Shown: positions 52,800 through 64,000 of the stretch, in pieces | Layout of the letters: each line of letters opens with the position of its first letter | Numbering within the stretch: the stretch's first letter is position 1 | Source of the DNA: Octopus vulgaris | Lineage: Eukaryota | Length of the DNA stretch: 64,000 nt | Direction: 5' to 3' | Assembly (NCBI GenBank): GCA_951406725.2 | Contig: OX597814.1 | Location: 189,844,001 to 189,908,000, forward strand | The notes under the pieces: generated by a model | The model's input: the letters and a program-made list of their open reading frames with translations, nothing else | Told to the model about the DNA's origin: nothing | Databases searched by the model: none | Position numbers and translations under genes: made by a program

Positions 52800-54520
52800 A
52801 TGAAAAGAGAGGCGGCTGAAAAATGTAAAGATGAACCCTACAACCTTCTATAGATTCGGAAAAGAATCTGCCTCTGGAAGCTACAAAATAGGGCCGCTGT
52901 TCAAAGAAAATGTTTTACTAACTGCAGACCCTTACAGGATAAGTGAAATACGGAATGTGTAACACAAAATTATTTTCACAGCTCCGTTGGGACATTTGTA
53001 AGTAGCTGCCTGATGAGATCTTCGGCACCACAACGCTACATAAAGATATGGCAATTAACGATTACATCGACAGGAAACTGATGTCTGCCGCTGATGAAAT
53101 GAGCTGAAACTCAGCCACAGGCTTAGATGGATACCCAGCTAAAGAAATGTAAAGGGGCTCCAGCAAGACCACTGTAGATACTCTTCTAAAGCTTCCTCGT
53201 CATTGGGAGACTTCCTAGAAACTTGATAAAAGGAATAGTATGCCCTCTCCATAAAAGCGATGGTAAACTGGACGTTACGACTTATAAACCTGTCTCTCAG
53301 ACTTCACGCCATCACGAGGATCTGATTGTTAGGAGGAAACTGATCGCGTTCCCAGAAGAAAAGTGACTTGCTCCTCACACCCAGCATGGCTTCCGTCCGA
53401 GAAGAAGCTGTCTTACGCAGCTTCTGCAGTATTATGACTGGGTGTTGAGATAATTGAATGAATCGTTCGAAGAGTTTTAATAAAGCTGATCATGGGATAA
53501 AGCAAAGACATTTGATAAAGCTGATCATGGGATATGTCACAAGCTACGGAGATTTGGCATCGTCGGAAAACTTGGAGAGTGACTACTTTAAAGGTAGAAG
53601 CAGAGATGTGGGAGCCAATGAGGACCTTTGCAAGCATACAGTAATAGCGAGTGGAGTGGCTTAGGGAAGTGTCTTGGGGGCCGTTGCTCTTTATGATGGC
53701 ACTTTCGGTCATTCCAACCCGTTACACAGGCAACCACACGATACAAAAGTAGCAGGAACAGTCAAGGAACCTTTCGATGTTAATCTTCCGCAGAAAGATA
53801 TAAATGCCATATAGAAATGGCCTGAACAAAACAACATGTAATTTAATTCAAGAATAGTCCAAACCCTCCGCTATCAGCCGACGTCTGCTAATACGCCACA
53901 ACAAAGATGAATTGGATCAAAAGGAGCGGCAATCCCGGTGTCAAAAACAAGTGCGTGAGCTGGGGATTAATATGAGCAGTGACGCCTCATTTCGTATTAT
54001 TAACACTAAGATGGTAGCAATGTTCAGGTGGATGGAAGTATGTATTCTGAGAACTTTGAGGACAAGGGACAAAGAAATTATACTGGTTCTATGTAGGACA
54101 TTTGTACCCAGCCCTCTGAAATACTGATTTCAGTTATGCTCACCACATCAAAATAGATCGCATCAGTGGAACAGCTGAGCTACTTGGAGAGTCTGAAAGA
54201 ATTACAGCTCTATTCCTTGGAACAAAGACGGGAGATATATGCAATCATATACATATGGAAGATCCTAGAGTGGTTAACATAAGACTTTGATATCGAGAGT
54301 TATAACAGCCGCCGAACTGCACAGTGCCAAAGGTCCAATCCGTCACTTCTCGACTGAAGACCTGATACTGCAATAGCTTGGGATTTAAAGTCCCCCCAGC
54401 GACTTAATATCTTAACAAAAAGCCTAGGAGATCTACATAGAATGGGGGTAGTTGTTTTCAAGTACAGTAGTATCTGACTCCCTCTTTCACCAAAAGCCAA
54501 TAACAAATGAATAGTTACTG
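52800..54520 (+). mobile_element. Old, heavily degenerate copy of the same CR1/L2-group LINE family
   Basis: Collinear nucleotide similarity to the reverse complement of 1245-3100 (QHGFRP, FDKADHG, VLGPLL, ILRTLRTRDKEI, YSLEQRR); many stops and frameshifts. Confidence 0.88.
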
Positions 54521-54528
54521 AAAAGGCA

Positions 54529-54571
<43 letters not shown>

Positions 54572-54865
54572 ACAGTTGTCTCACAATCACGAGTTTTTGA
54601 TATAGTGTATGCGTGTGTGTGCATATGCGTGTGTCTGTGATTGTGTGTCAATGTGTGTGAGTGTGCATGCGCTTGCATGTAATTCAGCTCTTGCTACAAG
54701 CCATCCTCGTCTGATAACTGCCTCTGGACATAAAATTTTGAATAATAGCATAAAGTAACCTGACCTAATGTACACAATGGAATTACTTCATCAATATGAC
54801 GAAGATCTTTTCAATTTCTGTCCACTACCGTTTTTAACAAAAATGGCTCGGAGACACAACCCAAC

Positions 54866-54936
<71 letters not shown>

Positions 54937-55540
54937 AGCATGTATGTATGTGTGCCTATACATATATATATATATATATATAACCAATGTACATATGAAC
55001 GCATATATATGTGTGTGTGTGTGTACGTATTCGTTTATATGCGTATAGTCATTGCTGCTTTGGAAGAGATCAACCAGTGAAAGAAAAATGTAGCACTGAT
55101 TCTCCATTAATTAAACAATTAATGTAGTTGGCCTGTGAAAAGAGCCAATTAAGGGTGGTTGTGGTTGTGCCAAATCAAACCAGCCAAATAGTAGTAGTAG
55201 ATTGTCGGCCAGATTAGCGAGACATACACAACTGTGAAAATAGATATTTTTTCCCGTTTTCTGGTTACAAACCAATAATTTTCTGGTTACAAACCAATAA
55301 TTTTGAAAGTGCCTTGAGTGATCTACACTTGGCATGCAAACGCGTCAAAATATATGTACGGTTTGTTTCCTTTTTTCCTAAAGGTCTTAAAGTGTTCCAT
55401 TTTGCCGCCCACGCGTATAAATATGCAACAGAAATAGTCGCATTGTTAACAGTGCATGTGTTACGAAGGCCAAATTGTACAATGATCTACACGAGATTAT
55501 CCTCATTGCTCACATCTAAAAAACTCATTCTTATTCTTAT

Positions 55541-55949
55541 AGGCGTAGGAGTGGCTTGCTTACAAGGCGGCGAGCTGGCAGAAACGATAGCAAAACCGCG
55601 AAGCGAAATGCTTAGCGGTATTTCGCCTGCAGTTACGTTCCGAGTTCAAATTTCTCCGAGGTTGACTTTGCTTTTCATACTCTCGGGGTCGATAAATTAA
55701 GTACCAGTTACGCACTGGGGTCGATGTAATCGACTTAATCCCTTTGTCTGTCCTTGTTTGTCCCATCTATGTTTAGTCCCTTGTGGCCAATAAGGAAATA
55801 AGTAGCTTTCTTACCAACCACATGGTTCCGGGTTCAGTCCCACTACGTAGCACTTTGGGCAAGTGTCTTCTACTATAGCCTCGGGCCGATCAAAGCCTTG
55901 TGAGCGGATTTGGTAGACGGAAATTGAAAAGAAGCCCGTCGTATATTTG

Positions 55950-55980
<31 letters not shown>

Positions 55981-56190
55981 ATTTATGTTTGTGTGTCTGT
56001 GTTTGTCCCACCAACATCGCTTGACAACCGATGCTGGTGTGTTTACGTCTCCGTAATTAGCGGTTCAACAAAACAGACCGATAGAATAAGTACTAGGTTG
56101 GCAAAGAATAAGTCCTGGGGTAGATTTGCTCGACTAAAGGCAGTGTTCCAGCATGGCGTCAGTCAAATTACTGAAACAAGTAAAAGAGTA
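55541..56190 (+). mobile_element. SINE-A with a SINE-B (55565-55800) nested in its head
   Basis: SINE-A head is interrupted after gcttgcttac and resumes agtagctttcttaccaacc at 55801. Confidence 0.87.
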
Positions 56191-56475
56191 TACATCCAAG
56201 AACTAAAATCAAAAAGATTTGATCACTAGGCTACGAGAGAATTAAAACACATACATATATATTATCTTCTTCATGTCCCCTCCATCCATACTTTGTTACA
56301 AATTCCAAATATTACAACAAACTGCTCTAGATTGCTACTCACTTCTCACATCTCAGAAATTCATTTTAACTGACATATTTATAACACCCAAGAACTAAAG
56401 TCGAAAACAGAATCATTTGATTGCTAAGCTACAAGACAACCAGGACTCATATGTATTGTCTTCTTTGGGCATCAT

Positions 56476-56576
<101 letters not shown>

Positions 56577-56859
56577 AGTGATAGAGAGAAGAATCAACTG
56601 AAGTTCTGATGCAATATTCACGGACCATAAAAGAAGGAACGACAAAGTTCACCTCGGCGGAATGTAAGCTCAGGAAACAAAGCGCCGAAACAAAATCGTA
56701 AGGCAGTCTGTCCAACGCTGTAACGTACTGTTTCCCCTCTGGCAAGCCATGAAAATCTAGTCTTTCATTAGCGGTTGGTAGTGAATTAAAACGTTCTAGA
56801 CGAGACGAAAGCATTCTTGAATTATTTTTGTGCATGGTTCTTTATACGTAATTTTATTA

Positions 56860-57241
56860 TCTCTCTCTATATAAACGGCAGTTTGTTTGTGTGCGTGTCT
56901 GTGTGTCTGTTAGGTTGTACCCTCACCCTGACCACGGCTTTCAACCGATTCTGATGAAACTTGACACACACATAGCCCAATGTCATAATTCAAAACTAAC
57001 GCAGCGAAAATTTTGAAAAGTTCCCCCAGTTCTGAAAATAATCGATAAATTCGACATGGGGTCGAGAATCAGAAACACAAACCACAGAATGTCTAGGGGA
57101 CGCAACTCGACCTTTTTAACTAAAAAAAAAATTACCATCATTTTTTTTCCATTTTTTTGCTATTTTTTGGCTATAACTTTCTAAAACTGCTTTATAGTTA
57201 TTTCCCTTACAAACCCGAGCAACGCCGGGCGATACTGCTAG
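56860..57241 (+). mobile_element. Non-autonomous Helitron-like element
   Basis: A|TC start, hairpin plus CTAG|T end; last ~120 bp shared with the 44220 copy. Confidence 0.82.
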
Positions 57242-58097
57242 TACACGCATAAATAACGCAGCAAGCGGGTAGAACTGTAAGCGAGTCGGACAAAATGCTC
57301 AGTAGCATTTCTTCCTGCTCTTTACGTTCAGGGCTGAATTACTACCGAGGTCATCTTGGTATTTCATCATTCCGGGGTTGATAAAATAAGTACCATAAGT
57401 GAAAGTTGGACACCGGAGGCGTTCTAATCGATTTACTCACTTCCTTAAAATTGCTAGCCTTGTGCTAAAGTTTTAAGCCATACATGCATAATATATTTTC
57501 CAAGATAGGGAAATTTTGGCATCTAATATTAGTACGGGCACCTTACAAACAAATCAAATCTACATGAAGGAAATGTAGAGATTTAGTCTCAACAAGGTCT
57601 CGGTTAAATCAAGAATTCTTAAACAATTTATTTGGTGGTTCCTAATGGGTTTAGAACAGCCAAACTTTTCATAGACAGTTTTATTTGTTTAATCTCTTAT
57701 GAAATATAGCTTTATGAAAGAGAAAAACGTGATTACTAAAGATATATAACAATTAATTATGGGTTCCCCTTCGGTTCCTCAAGAGTAAAAAGGCTGGGAA
57801 ACGCCTCTGTAAAGATGCTGTCAAATTACCATCTAGATATAACCTTTTGTGGTTCAATAAATTATCGTTTGAGGTAGCGAGCTGGCAGAAACGTTAGCAC
57901 GGCGGGCGAAATGCGTAGCCGTATTTCGTCTGCCGCACATGTGTTCGTGGTAAGAATTGCTGTTTCTTGGTGTTAATATTGTTAATAACTGTTGTTTCTT
58001 GTTAAGCTGTTGAATAACTTAACTGTTGGAGTTTTCAATTGAAAACACTTAGTGCTTGTGGTAGCACGCGTTGTTCATTCCCCCTTTGGGGGGAAGA

Positions 58098-59624
58098 ATG
58101 TCGTCTAGCATGGAGCCTACCGTTGGAGCAGAAATACTTGTTTCTCCTGTTGAGAGGAGGAAATACATGTCCGGCGAGGAGCCAACTACAGACAAGGAAA
58201 TAGGGGTTTCCCCCGCTACAAGAAGGAATCGCAGAGAGGATAATATATTTGATATTTTTGGAGATGTGTCTGAGAGCTCGTCAGAACTTTCACCAGAAGA
58301 GTTTCCGACTTTGCCAGAGAACAAAGGCATTGTGTCGAAGAGAATAATTGATGTGCCTAGCATCCAGATAGAACCAAAAAATAGAAAAAAAAGTTTTGCG
58401 TTGGCTGCTGGGGGTGGAACCCGGATACTGTCGACGAATAAAAGCGACTTTATGAAATACAGCCAAATGATGAAAATAACTGACAACGGTGTGAAAATTG
58501 AACCTCCGCAAAAGTTATTACAAGAAGAAAAGCAAAAAACAATAATTTTCAAAACATATTGTCTACAAAAAAGAAAAATTGAAAGAATGTCAGAAGAGAA
58601 AATAGAAAAGTGCTTAAAGCCAATATGGGGCGACGTAGTATATCTGAGAAGAGGAAAAAAATTCGGAACGGTGGAAGTAAGGTTCACCAATAAAGAAATA
58701 GCACACAAGAACTCAGTTGAAACGCTGAAAACGAACGACGTGGAGTTAATCCCCTATTATATGGGGATGAGGACGTCGCGAATAAAAATTACAAGGGTCC
58801 CGCCAGAGGTCGAACCTATGTGGTTGTTGGCGGCAGTCCTAATCAAAGAGGTAGAAAAAATTACTCTCCTCCAGGCTACCGCTACGGAAAACCCACGCTG
58901 GGATGGTCAAACAATTAATCTTCTCATTCAAGCGGACCCTAAAATAATTCAAGCAATTCCTGAGACAATTGAGGTAGGGGAGGAGAACCTCGTGGTGTTT
59001 GTTGAGGGCCGAAAACCTCGATGTTTTTTATGTGGTCAATTAGGCCACATTCGAAGGAACTGCAAGGAAAATGAAGAAGAGGAGGAAGAGGAGAAAAAAG
59101 ACAAAGAGGAAGAAGATAAAGAAGAAACAGATGAGAAAAAAACAACAAACAAAAGAAAAATACAACCAGCAACCCAGCCGAGAGCGGCGACTACTACAGA
59201 ACAACGACCAAAAAAGACTGCCAGAAGAGAAAAAGAAGAAAAAGGCATAATAGCCGTATACACTAAAGATACTGAGCTCATGAGAGACATTCAACTGATA
59301 AAGACTGTAAAAAAAATAGATAACCTTTCAGAGGAATTTATCAATTACGACATATATGAAGTCTCAAATAAGACTTATAGAATTCTACAAAATAAGTACA
59401 GAAAGACTGTATCTTCATTGAGATCAGAATTTAACAAGTCGATATTTCATGGATTACCAGCCCCGATCCCGCGAGAAAAGGAAAAGGTGGAGATTCCCCC
59501 TCCACCTGATAATTCTGTGTCGGTGGTGAGACGGGATTTTGACAAATCTATTTCCCAAGACCGTCCACCTCCGACCCTGGATCAAAAAAAAGGTGGAGGG
59601 TCCCCCTCCACCGGACAATCCTAA
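58098..59624 (+). CDS. Non-LTR ORF1 (gag-like nucleic-acid-binding protein with CCHC zinc knuckle)
   Basis: Uninterrupted ORF of about 508 codons from ATG 58098; CFLCGQLGHIRRNC (CX2CX4HX4C) preceded by a putative RRM-like region and followed by an acidic/basic low-complexity tail. Confidence 0.88.
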   Translation: MSSSMEPTVGAEILVSPVERRKYMSGEEPTTDKEIGVSPATRRNRREDNIFDIFGDVSESSSELSPEEFPTLPENKGIVSKRIIDVPSIQIEPKNRKKSFALAAGGGTRILSTNKSDFMKYSQMMKITDNGVKIEPPQKLLQEEKQKTIIFKTYCLQKRKIERMSEEKIEKCLKPIWGDVVYLRRGKKFGTVEVRFTNKEIAHKNSVETLKTNDVELIPYYMGMRTSRIKITRVPPEVEPMWLLAAVLIKEVEKITLLQATATENPRWDGQTINLLIQADPKIIQAIPETIEVGEENLVVFVEGRKPRCFLCGQLGHIRRNCKENEEEEEEEKKDKEEEDKEETDEKKTTNKRKIQPATQPRAATTTEQRPKKTARREKEEKGIIAVYTKDTELMRDIQLIKTVKKIDNLSEEFINYDIYEVSNKTYRILQNKYRKTVSSLRSEFNKSIFHGLPAPIPREKEKVEIPPPPDNSVSVVRRDFDKSISQDRPPPTLDQKKGGGSPSTGQS

Positions 59625-59639
59625 TTAAACAGGTAAGTG

Positions 59640-60050
59640 ATGGCTATTCACATTGGTTGTTTAAATGTTCATGGCCTGTTGTCAAGCTGGAAGCAAGGAC
59701 GCTTTCTAAATGACATCAGGTCGAGAAATTTGGATGTAATTGTTGCAACGGAAACCCGGGTGAAGGGGCCAAGAGATCTGCTCCCCCTCCTGAATGGCTA
59801 CGAGAAATACGTTTCTCCGAGTCGGGCGGGAGGTGGGGGTGGGGTGTTGGTCCTACTAAAAAGAAACCGGGTAGCCAAGAAAAAGTGACCCAGAAGGCAG
59901 GCTGGTCGTTCTCGACTTGACATTCAGTTGTGGCAAGACAATCAGGCTGGTCGCTATTTACGCACCAAACATTATTGGCCTGCAAACTGAATATTTTCGT
60001 GGCCTAGGAAAGTTCCTAGCCACGTCGCATTCACTGTTGTGCGTGCAAGG
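59640..60050 (+). pseudogene. ORF2 AP-endonuclease N-terminal fragment (frameshifted, truncated before GDFN)
   Basis: IGCLNVHGL, DVIVATET, GGVLVLL; after a frameshift near 59885, DPEGRLVVLD and LVAIYAPN; then jumps to 3' UTR-like sequence. Confidence 0.87.
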
Positions 60051-61077
60051 AACCGTGTGAATAGACGAGGAAAAAAAAAAAGGAAAAATAAAAAGGTATC
60101 AGCGGTAGATCGGGGCTTGTGGGATCGGAGCGTAACTTGATCATCGCTTCATTTGTATTGTTTTTGTACTGTGTATTCCATTCGATTTTTATGTATTATA
60201 TTTTATTTTTGATGTCACATTTATATAAAATCATATCGATTCACTGATCCCATCAGTTGTACTGTCCATATCTATGTTTGGCCCCCGGTGGGCAATAAAG
60301 AAATTCGTATTTCGTCTGTCTCTACGTTCTGAGTTCAAATTACGCCGAGGTCGACTTTGCCTTTCATCCTTTCGGGATCGATAAATTAAATATCTGTTGC
60401 GTACTGGGGTCGATCTAATCGACTGGCTCCCTCCCCCAAAATTTCAGGTCTTGTGCCTAGTGTAGAAAAGAATGAATTATCGTTTGAGGGGTCCTTTAGA
60501 CAGGCTTTAAAATTACGTTCTACCTTCTTAAAAAACACGGAACTACATATAATATAGTCGTAATGGCCATGTCTGGAATACTTTCGATCATAAATTTCCC
60601 AAAGCAGGATTTTCCTTATCAAGAGTTTCACAGCAATAATAAATCTAATGTATGTAGCAAGTCTGGTCTGGTTCCAATTCTATTAAGTGCAGCCCATTCG
60701 TCGTTAACTGTGTGGTTTGCCGTTACAGTGTAAGAAAATATATTATTATAAAAGTGCTTTACCTACAAACAAAGAAATAAACTTTCCAATTGAAGACCTG
60801 GTGAAATGTGATGATTAAACATTCATAAGCTTCACAAAGTTATTAGTGCCAGTATTATTGAAGTATATCAAAGTGTTCTAATACTACTTCGAAAACTTTG
60901 AAGAATAATCCTTCCAATTATTTATTATTTTGAAAGCAAATCTGATGTGTAGTTTCGATGATCGCTTTGCAACCAGGCGGTCACAAGTTCAAACTTAATG
61001 CAGGTCTTTATTATTTTATTTTTTTCATCTATAACCAAAGAACAGCCAATGCCATTTGGTAAAGTATGTAGATTGAA

Positions 61078-61345
61078 GTGTGGAGACGCATGGCTTAGTG
61101 GTTAGGGTGTCAGCATCATGATCGTAAGATTGAGGTTTCGATTCCTGGACCGGGCGACGCGTTGTGTTCTTGAGCAAAACACTTCATTTCCCGTTGCTCC
61201 AGTCCACTCAGCTGGCAAAAATGAGTAACGCTGCGATGGACTGGCGTCCCATCCAGCTGGGGAACACATATGCCATAGAAACCGGGAAACTGGGCCCATG
61301 AGCCTGGCTAGGCTTTAAAAGGGGGCATTTATTTATTTTTTATAA
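61078..61345 (+). mobile_element. SINE-C, tail type 2 (older copy at about 61408-61660)
   Basis: tRNA head, CORE-like domain; TSD gtagattgaa at 61068-61077 and 61346-61355. Confidence 0.88.
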
Positions 61346-61710
61346 GTAGATTGAAACTACTTAGAACCCATCAGATATATGTGTTGTCTGCACGTATGTG
61401 CATATGTGTGTAGAGGCGCTTGGCTTAGTGGTTAGGGTGTTGAGCTCATGATCCTATGATTGTAGTTTCAATTCCTGGTAAGGGGCGTTACATCGTGTTC
61501 ATGAGTAAAGCACTTCCTTTCACGTTGTTCCTGTCCACTCGACTGATGAAAATTAATATTCCTGCGACAGACCGGCGTCCCCCGTCCAGGGGAAAGGATA
61601 TATACCCCCACCGAATCCGGGAAACCTGTCTCTAGAACCAATGGATCGGAAAGGACTTCTTTTATGTGTGTGAGTGCCTGCTGTGTCCGTGAGTGCTTTT
61701 GCATTTTACC

Positions 61711-61937
61711 TATTTCTTTTATTACCCACAAGAGGCTAAACATAGAGGGGACAAACAAGTACAGACAAACGGATTAAGTCGATTTTATCGACCCCAGAGC
61801 GTCACTGGTACTTAATTTATTAACCCCCGAAAGGATGAAAGGCAAAGTTGACCTCGGTGGAATTTGAACTCAGAACTCAGACAAAATACCGCTAAGCATT
61901 TCGCCCGGCGTGCTAACGTTTCTGCCAACTTGCCGTT
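61711..61937 (-). mobile_element. SINE-B monomer
   Basis: Matches other copies; 3' flank ggtaaaatgc. Confidence 0.88.
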
Positions 61938-62850
61938 TGACAACCGGTGTCGTTCCCTTTTCTTCTTCGTATTTTAACGCTTCGGCAAAAAGAGACTGAT
62001 ACAATAAGTACCCGATTTTAAAAATAAGTTGTGGGGCTGATCTGATCGATTAATATATCAAAGTGATACCCTAGCATGACCGCATTTCAATGACTGAAAC
62101 GAATAAAGAATAAACTTGTGGAGTATAAAATAAGTTGTAACCCTCCTGCAAGAGGATCGCAACATGATCCACAAGGATCTGTCGAAAGGAAAATAAAATG
62201 ACACTAGGCTGAGAATCGAACCATATAGTCTGGATATTGCGTCTAGTGTACGATGCCAGCCACACATAAATTAATCAAAATGATTTTAAATATTACTGAA
62301 ATTCGGAAATTACCTTTGTTGTTTTATAAATTATACAAAATCCTAAGAGAGATAAAATGGAGAAAAAATACATTATTTTAGAGCGAAATAAATGTTTAAC
62401 GTTTGACCTTTTCTTCTAAGTATTTTTGTATAGAGAAAGCGAAGTGAGCGTTGTTTTACCCTTCCTGCCAATACAAGCGCTGTTTTCTTCCTTGTTGTTG
62501 ACATATACGATCTCATCCCCTAACCAGATCAATATTCATTGATTCAATTACTGAAAACAACACTTTCTACTAAACATGTTCATTCTCTTTTATTTTCCCC
62601 CCAAAATGTTTTTTTTGTCTGTTTTGCTATTTTTTTTGTTATGGTTCTTTCAGAACATCGATTTTCTATGGAACTTCTGCCTCTGACACTTTTTATTCAC
62701 GATAATAATTCCAGGAAGTTTTATGCAAACTGATGAAATGAGTATTATTTTAACTCTATTTTCCAAACAAGGTTTTAACGTGATAGGAAAGCATTGTTTA
62801 ATTTAATTTAACTAAACAATGCTTCATACACACACACAAACTTCCATGCA

Positions 62851-62889
<39 letters not shown>

Positions 62890-62892
<3 letters not shown>

Positions 62893-63090
62893 TCCAAACA
62901 TGAACAAAGAGAAAACACAATAATGCGAGGACGTGGAACAAATATAGTGTTATTAGACGCTCAGGAAATGAAAGAAAGAAGGGGGAATTAACGTTTCGAG
63001 CGGAGCTCTTTGTCAGAAACATAGAAAAAAGGAAAGGTCCAAGGAAGGGAAATCGGAGAAAGAAAATCGACAACGATACACACGCGGTCA
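62890..63090 (-). mobile_element. Penelope-like pLTR fragment with degenerate minimal hammerhead (62986-63020)
   Basis: Minus strand ctgacaaa-gagc tcc gctc-gaaa-cg-tt; similar layout at about 30000-30300. Confidence 0.55.
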
Positions 63091-63859
63091 CGCACACACA
63101 CACATATATATATTATGCGCATATCTCTCTTAATTTGTGTGTGTGTGTGTTTGATGAGCGGATCAAAGAGTATTCACTATTAGAAAGTAGAGTATGAACT
63201 ATTGTTTAATATGTAAGTGATTGTCAGATTCCCATTTCGATACAGTGGATCTCTTGTGAACAGGGCGAATTGTTGTTTAGCCCCAGGTCAGTCGTAACTG
63301 AGCAGACATATAATGAAAGGCATACTACATCTGATCATATAGTTCTTTATTATTAATATCTTGGATTGTATTATCTGATATGTTATTCCATTGTTTAAGA
63401 TAGTAGAGAGTGATTTATGGGAGACATGGCTGCAATTACTAGACGGAACACGTACAATCTTACTCCTTTAGTTGTCTCATCAAGTTATGGGTATGATTCT
63501 CTGACAGTATTCAAACATAGAAGATAGACACGTGGACTCGTTGTTAATTATCAATGGATAAGAAAAAGTGAAAGGCATATGCCGTGTGGGGTATAAAAAG
63601 TCTAACGCTTCGCTCTTATGCTCTTCTGTAAGAGAGCAGTATCTAAAATTTTTCTGCTTTAGGTTCAGAATGGTCCATGAGAAAAGGAATTATGTAGAGA
63701 GATGATGTCGGGTAATTCATACTAAAGATATAAAGTTGAAAAGCAAATTAGGATGGATGTGATTAGTTAGCCAGCTATACGATACAGGAGGAAATAATGT
63801 GTTTTAGTAGTGTTTATAACAGAACTCAGGTTAGATGATATGAGAGATGTGAGAATGCA

Positions 63860-64000
63860 AAGGGTGGCGAGCTGGCAGAATCGTTAACACGCCGGGCGAA
63901 ATGCTTAGCAGTATTTCGTCTGCCGCTACGTTCTGAGTTCAAACCCCACCGAGGTGGACTTTGCCTTTCATCCTTTCGGGGTCGATTAAATAAGTACCAG
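63860..64000 (+). mobile_element. SINE-B, cut by window end
   Basis: Head plus Nin-like domain. Confidence 0.88.

Larger units (their letters stand above)
57937..60305 (+). mobile_element. Tx1/L1-group non-LTR element: intact 5' end and ORF1, ORF2 internally deleted, intact 3' UTR; inserted in a SINE-B head
   Basis: Gag-like ORF1, N-terminal APE fragment, 3' end tctatgtttggcccccggtgggcaataaagaaatt; TSD cgtatttcgtctg at 57920-57932 and 60306-60318. Confidence 0.9.
57871..60474 (+). mobile_element. Old-tail SINE-B hosting the Tx1-like insertion (head 57871-57936, body 60306-60474)
   Basis: The two halves join into a normal SINE; its own TSD aattatcgtttgagg at 57860-57874 and 60475-60489. Confidence 0.92.

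Noticed and set aside
58049-58708. 219-aa antisense ORF
   Set aside because: Shadow of the purine-rich ORF1 on the opposite strand; no motif.
59584-59612. A8 run plus 9-bp GC hairpin at the end of ORF1 as a -1 frameshift signal
   Set aside because: ORF2 is in the same frame as ORF1 and follows two stops with its own ATG; there is no spacer between the run and the hairpin.

Overview
AT-rich eukaryotic repeat-dense window with no host exon I can support. The mix of tRNA-derived SINEs, non-LTR retrotransposons and microsatellites suggests a cephalopod, probably Octopus (inference only). It holds a CR1/L2-group LINE (1151-3713, -) with an older copy, a degenerate R4/Dong-like LINE, a mariner fragment, a pogo-like MITE, four non-autonomous Helitron-like elements, Penelope-type fragments with hammerhead-like motifs, and about 35 SINE copies in three families (my labels A, B, C). 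Main observation: an ORF1-intact, ORF2-deleted Tx1/L1-group element (57937-60305) sits with a target-site duplication (TSD) at (c/g)gtatttcgtctg inside a SINE-B head. SINE-B carries the same 3' tail as this element, and every internal junction of the SINE-B tandem arrays falls at that same site. This suggests a SINE that both borrows and is the target of a sequence-preferring LINE, so that it grows its own arrays in 184-bp steps. Most ORFs in the supplied track are microsatellite artefacts. All alignments and RNA folds were done by eye.
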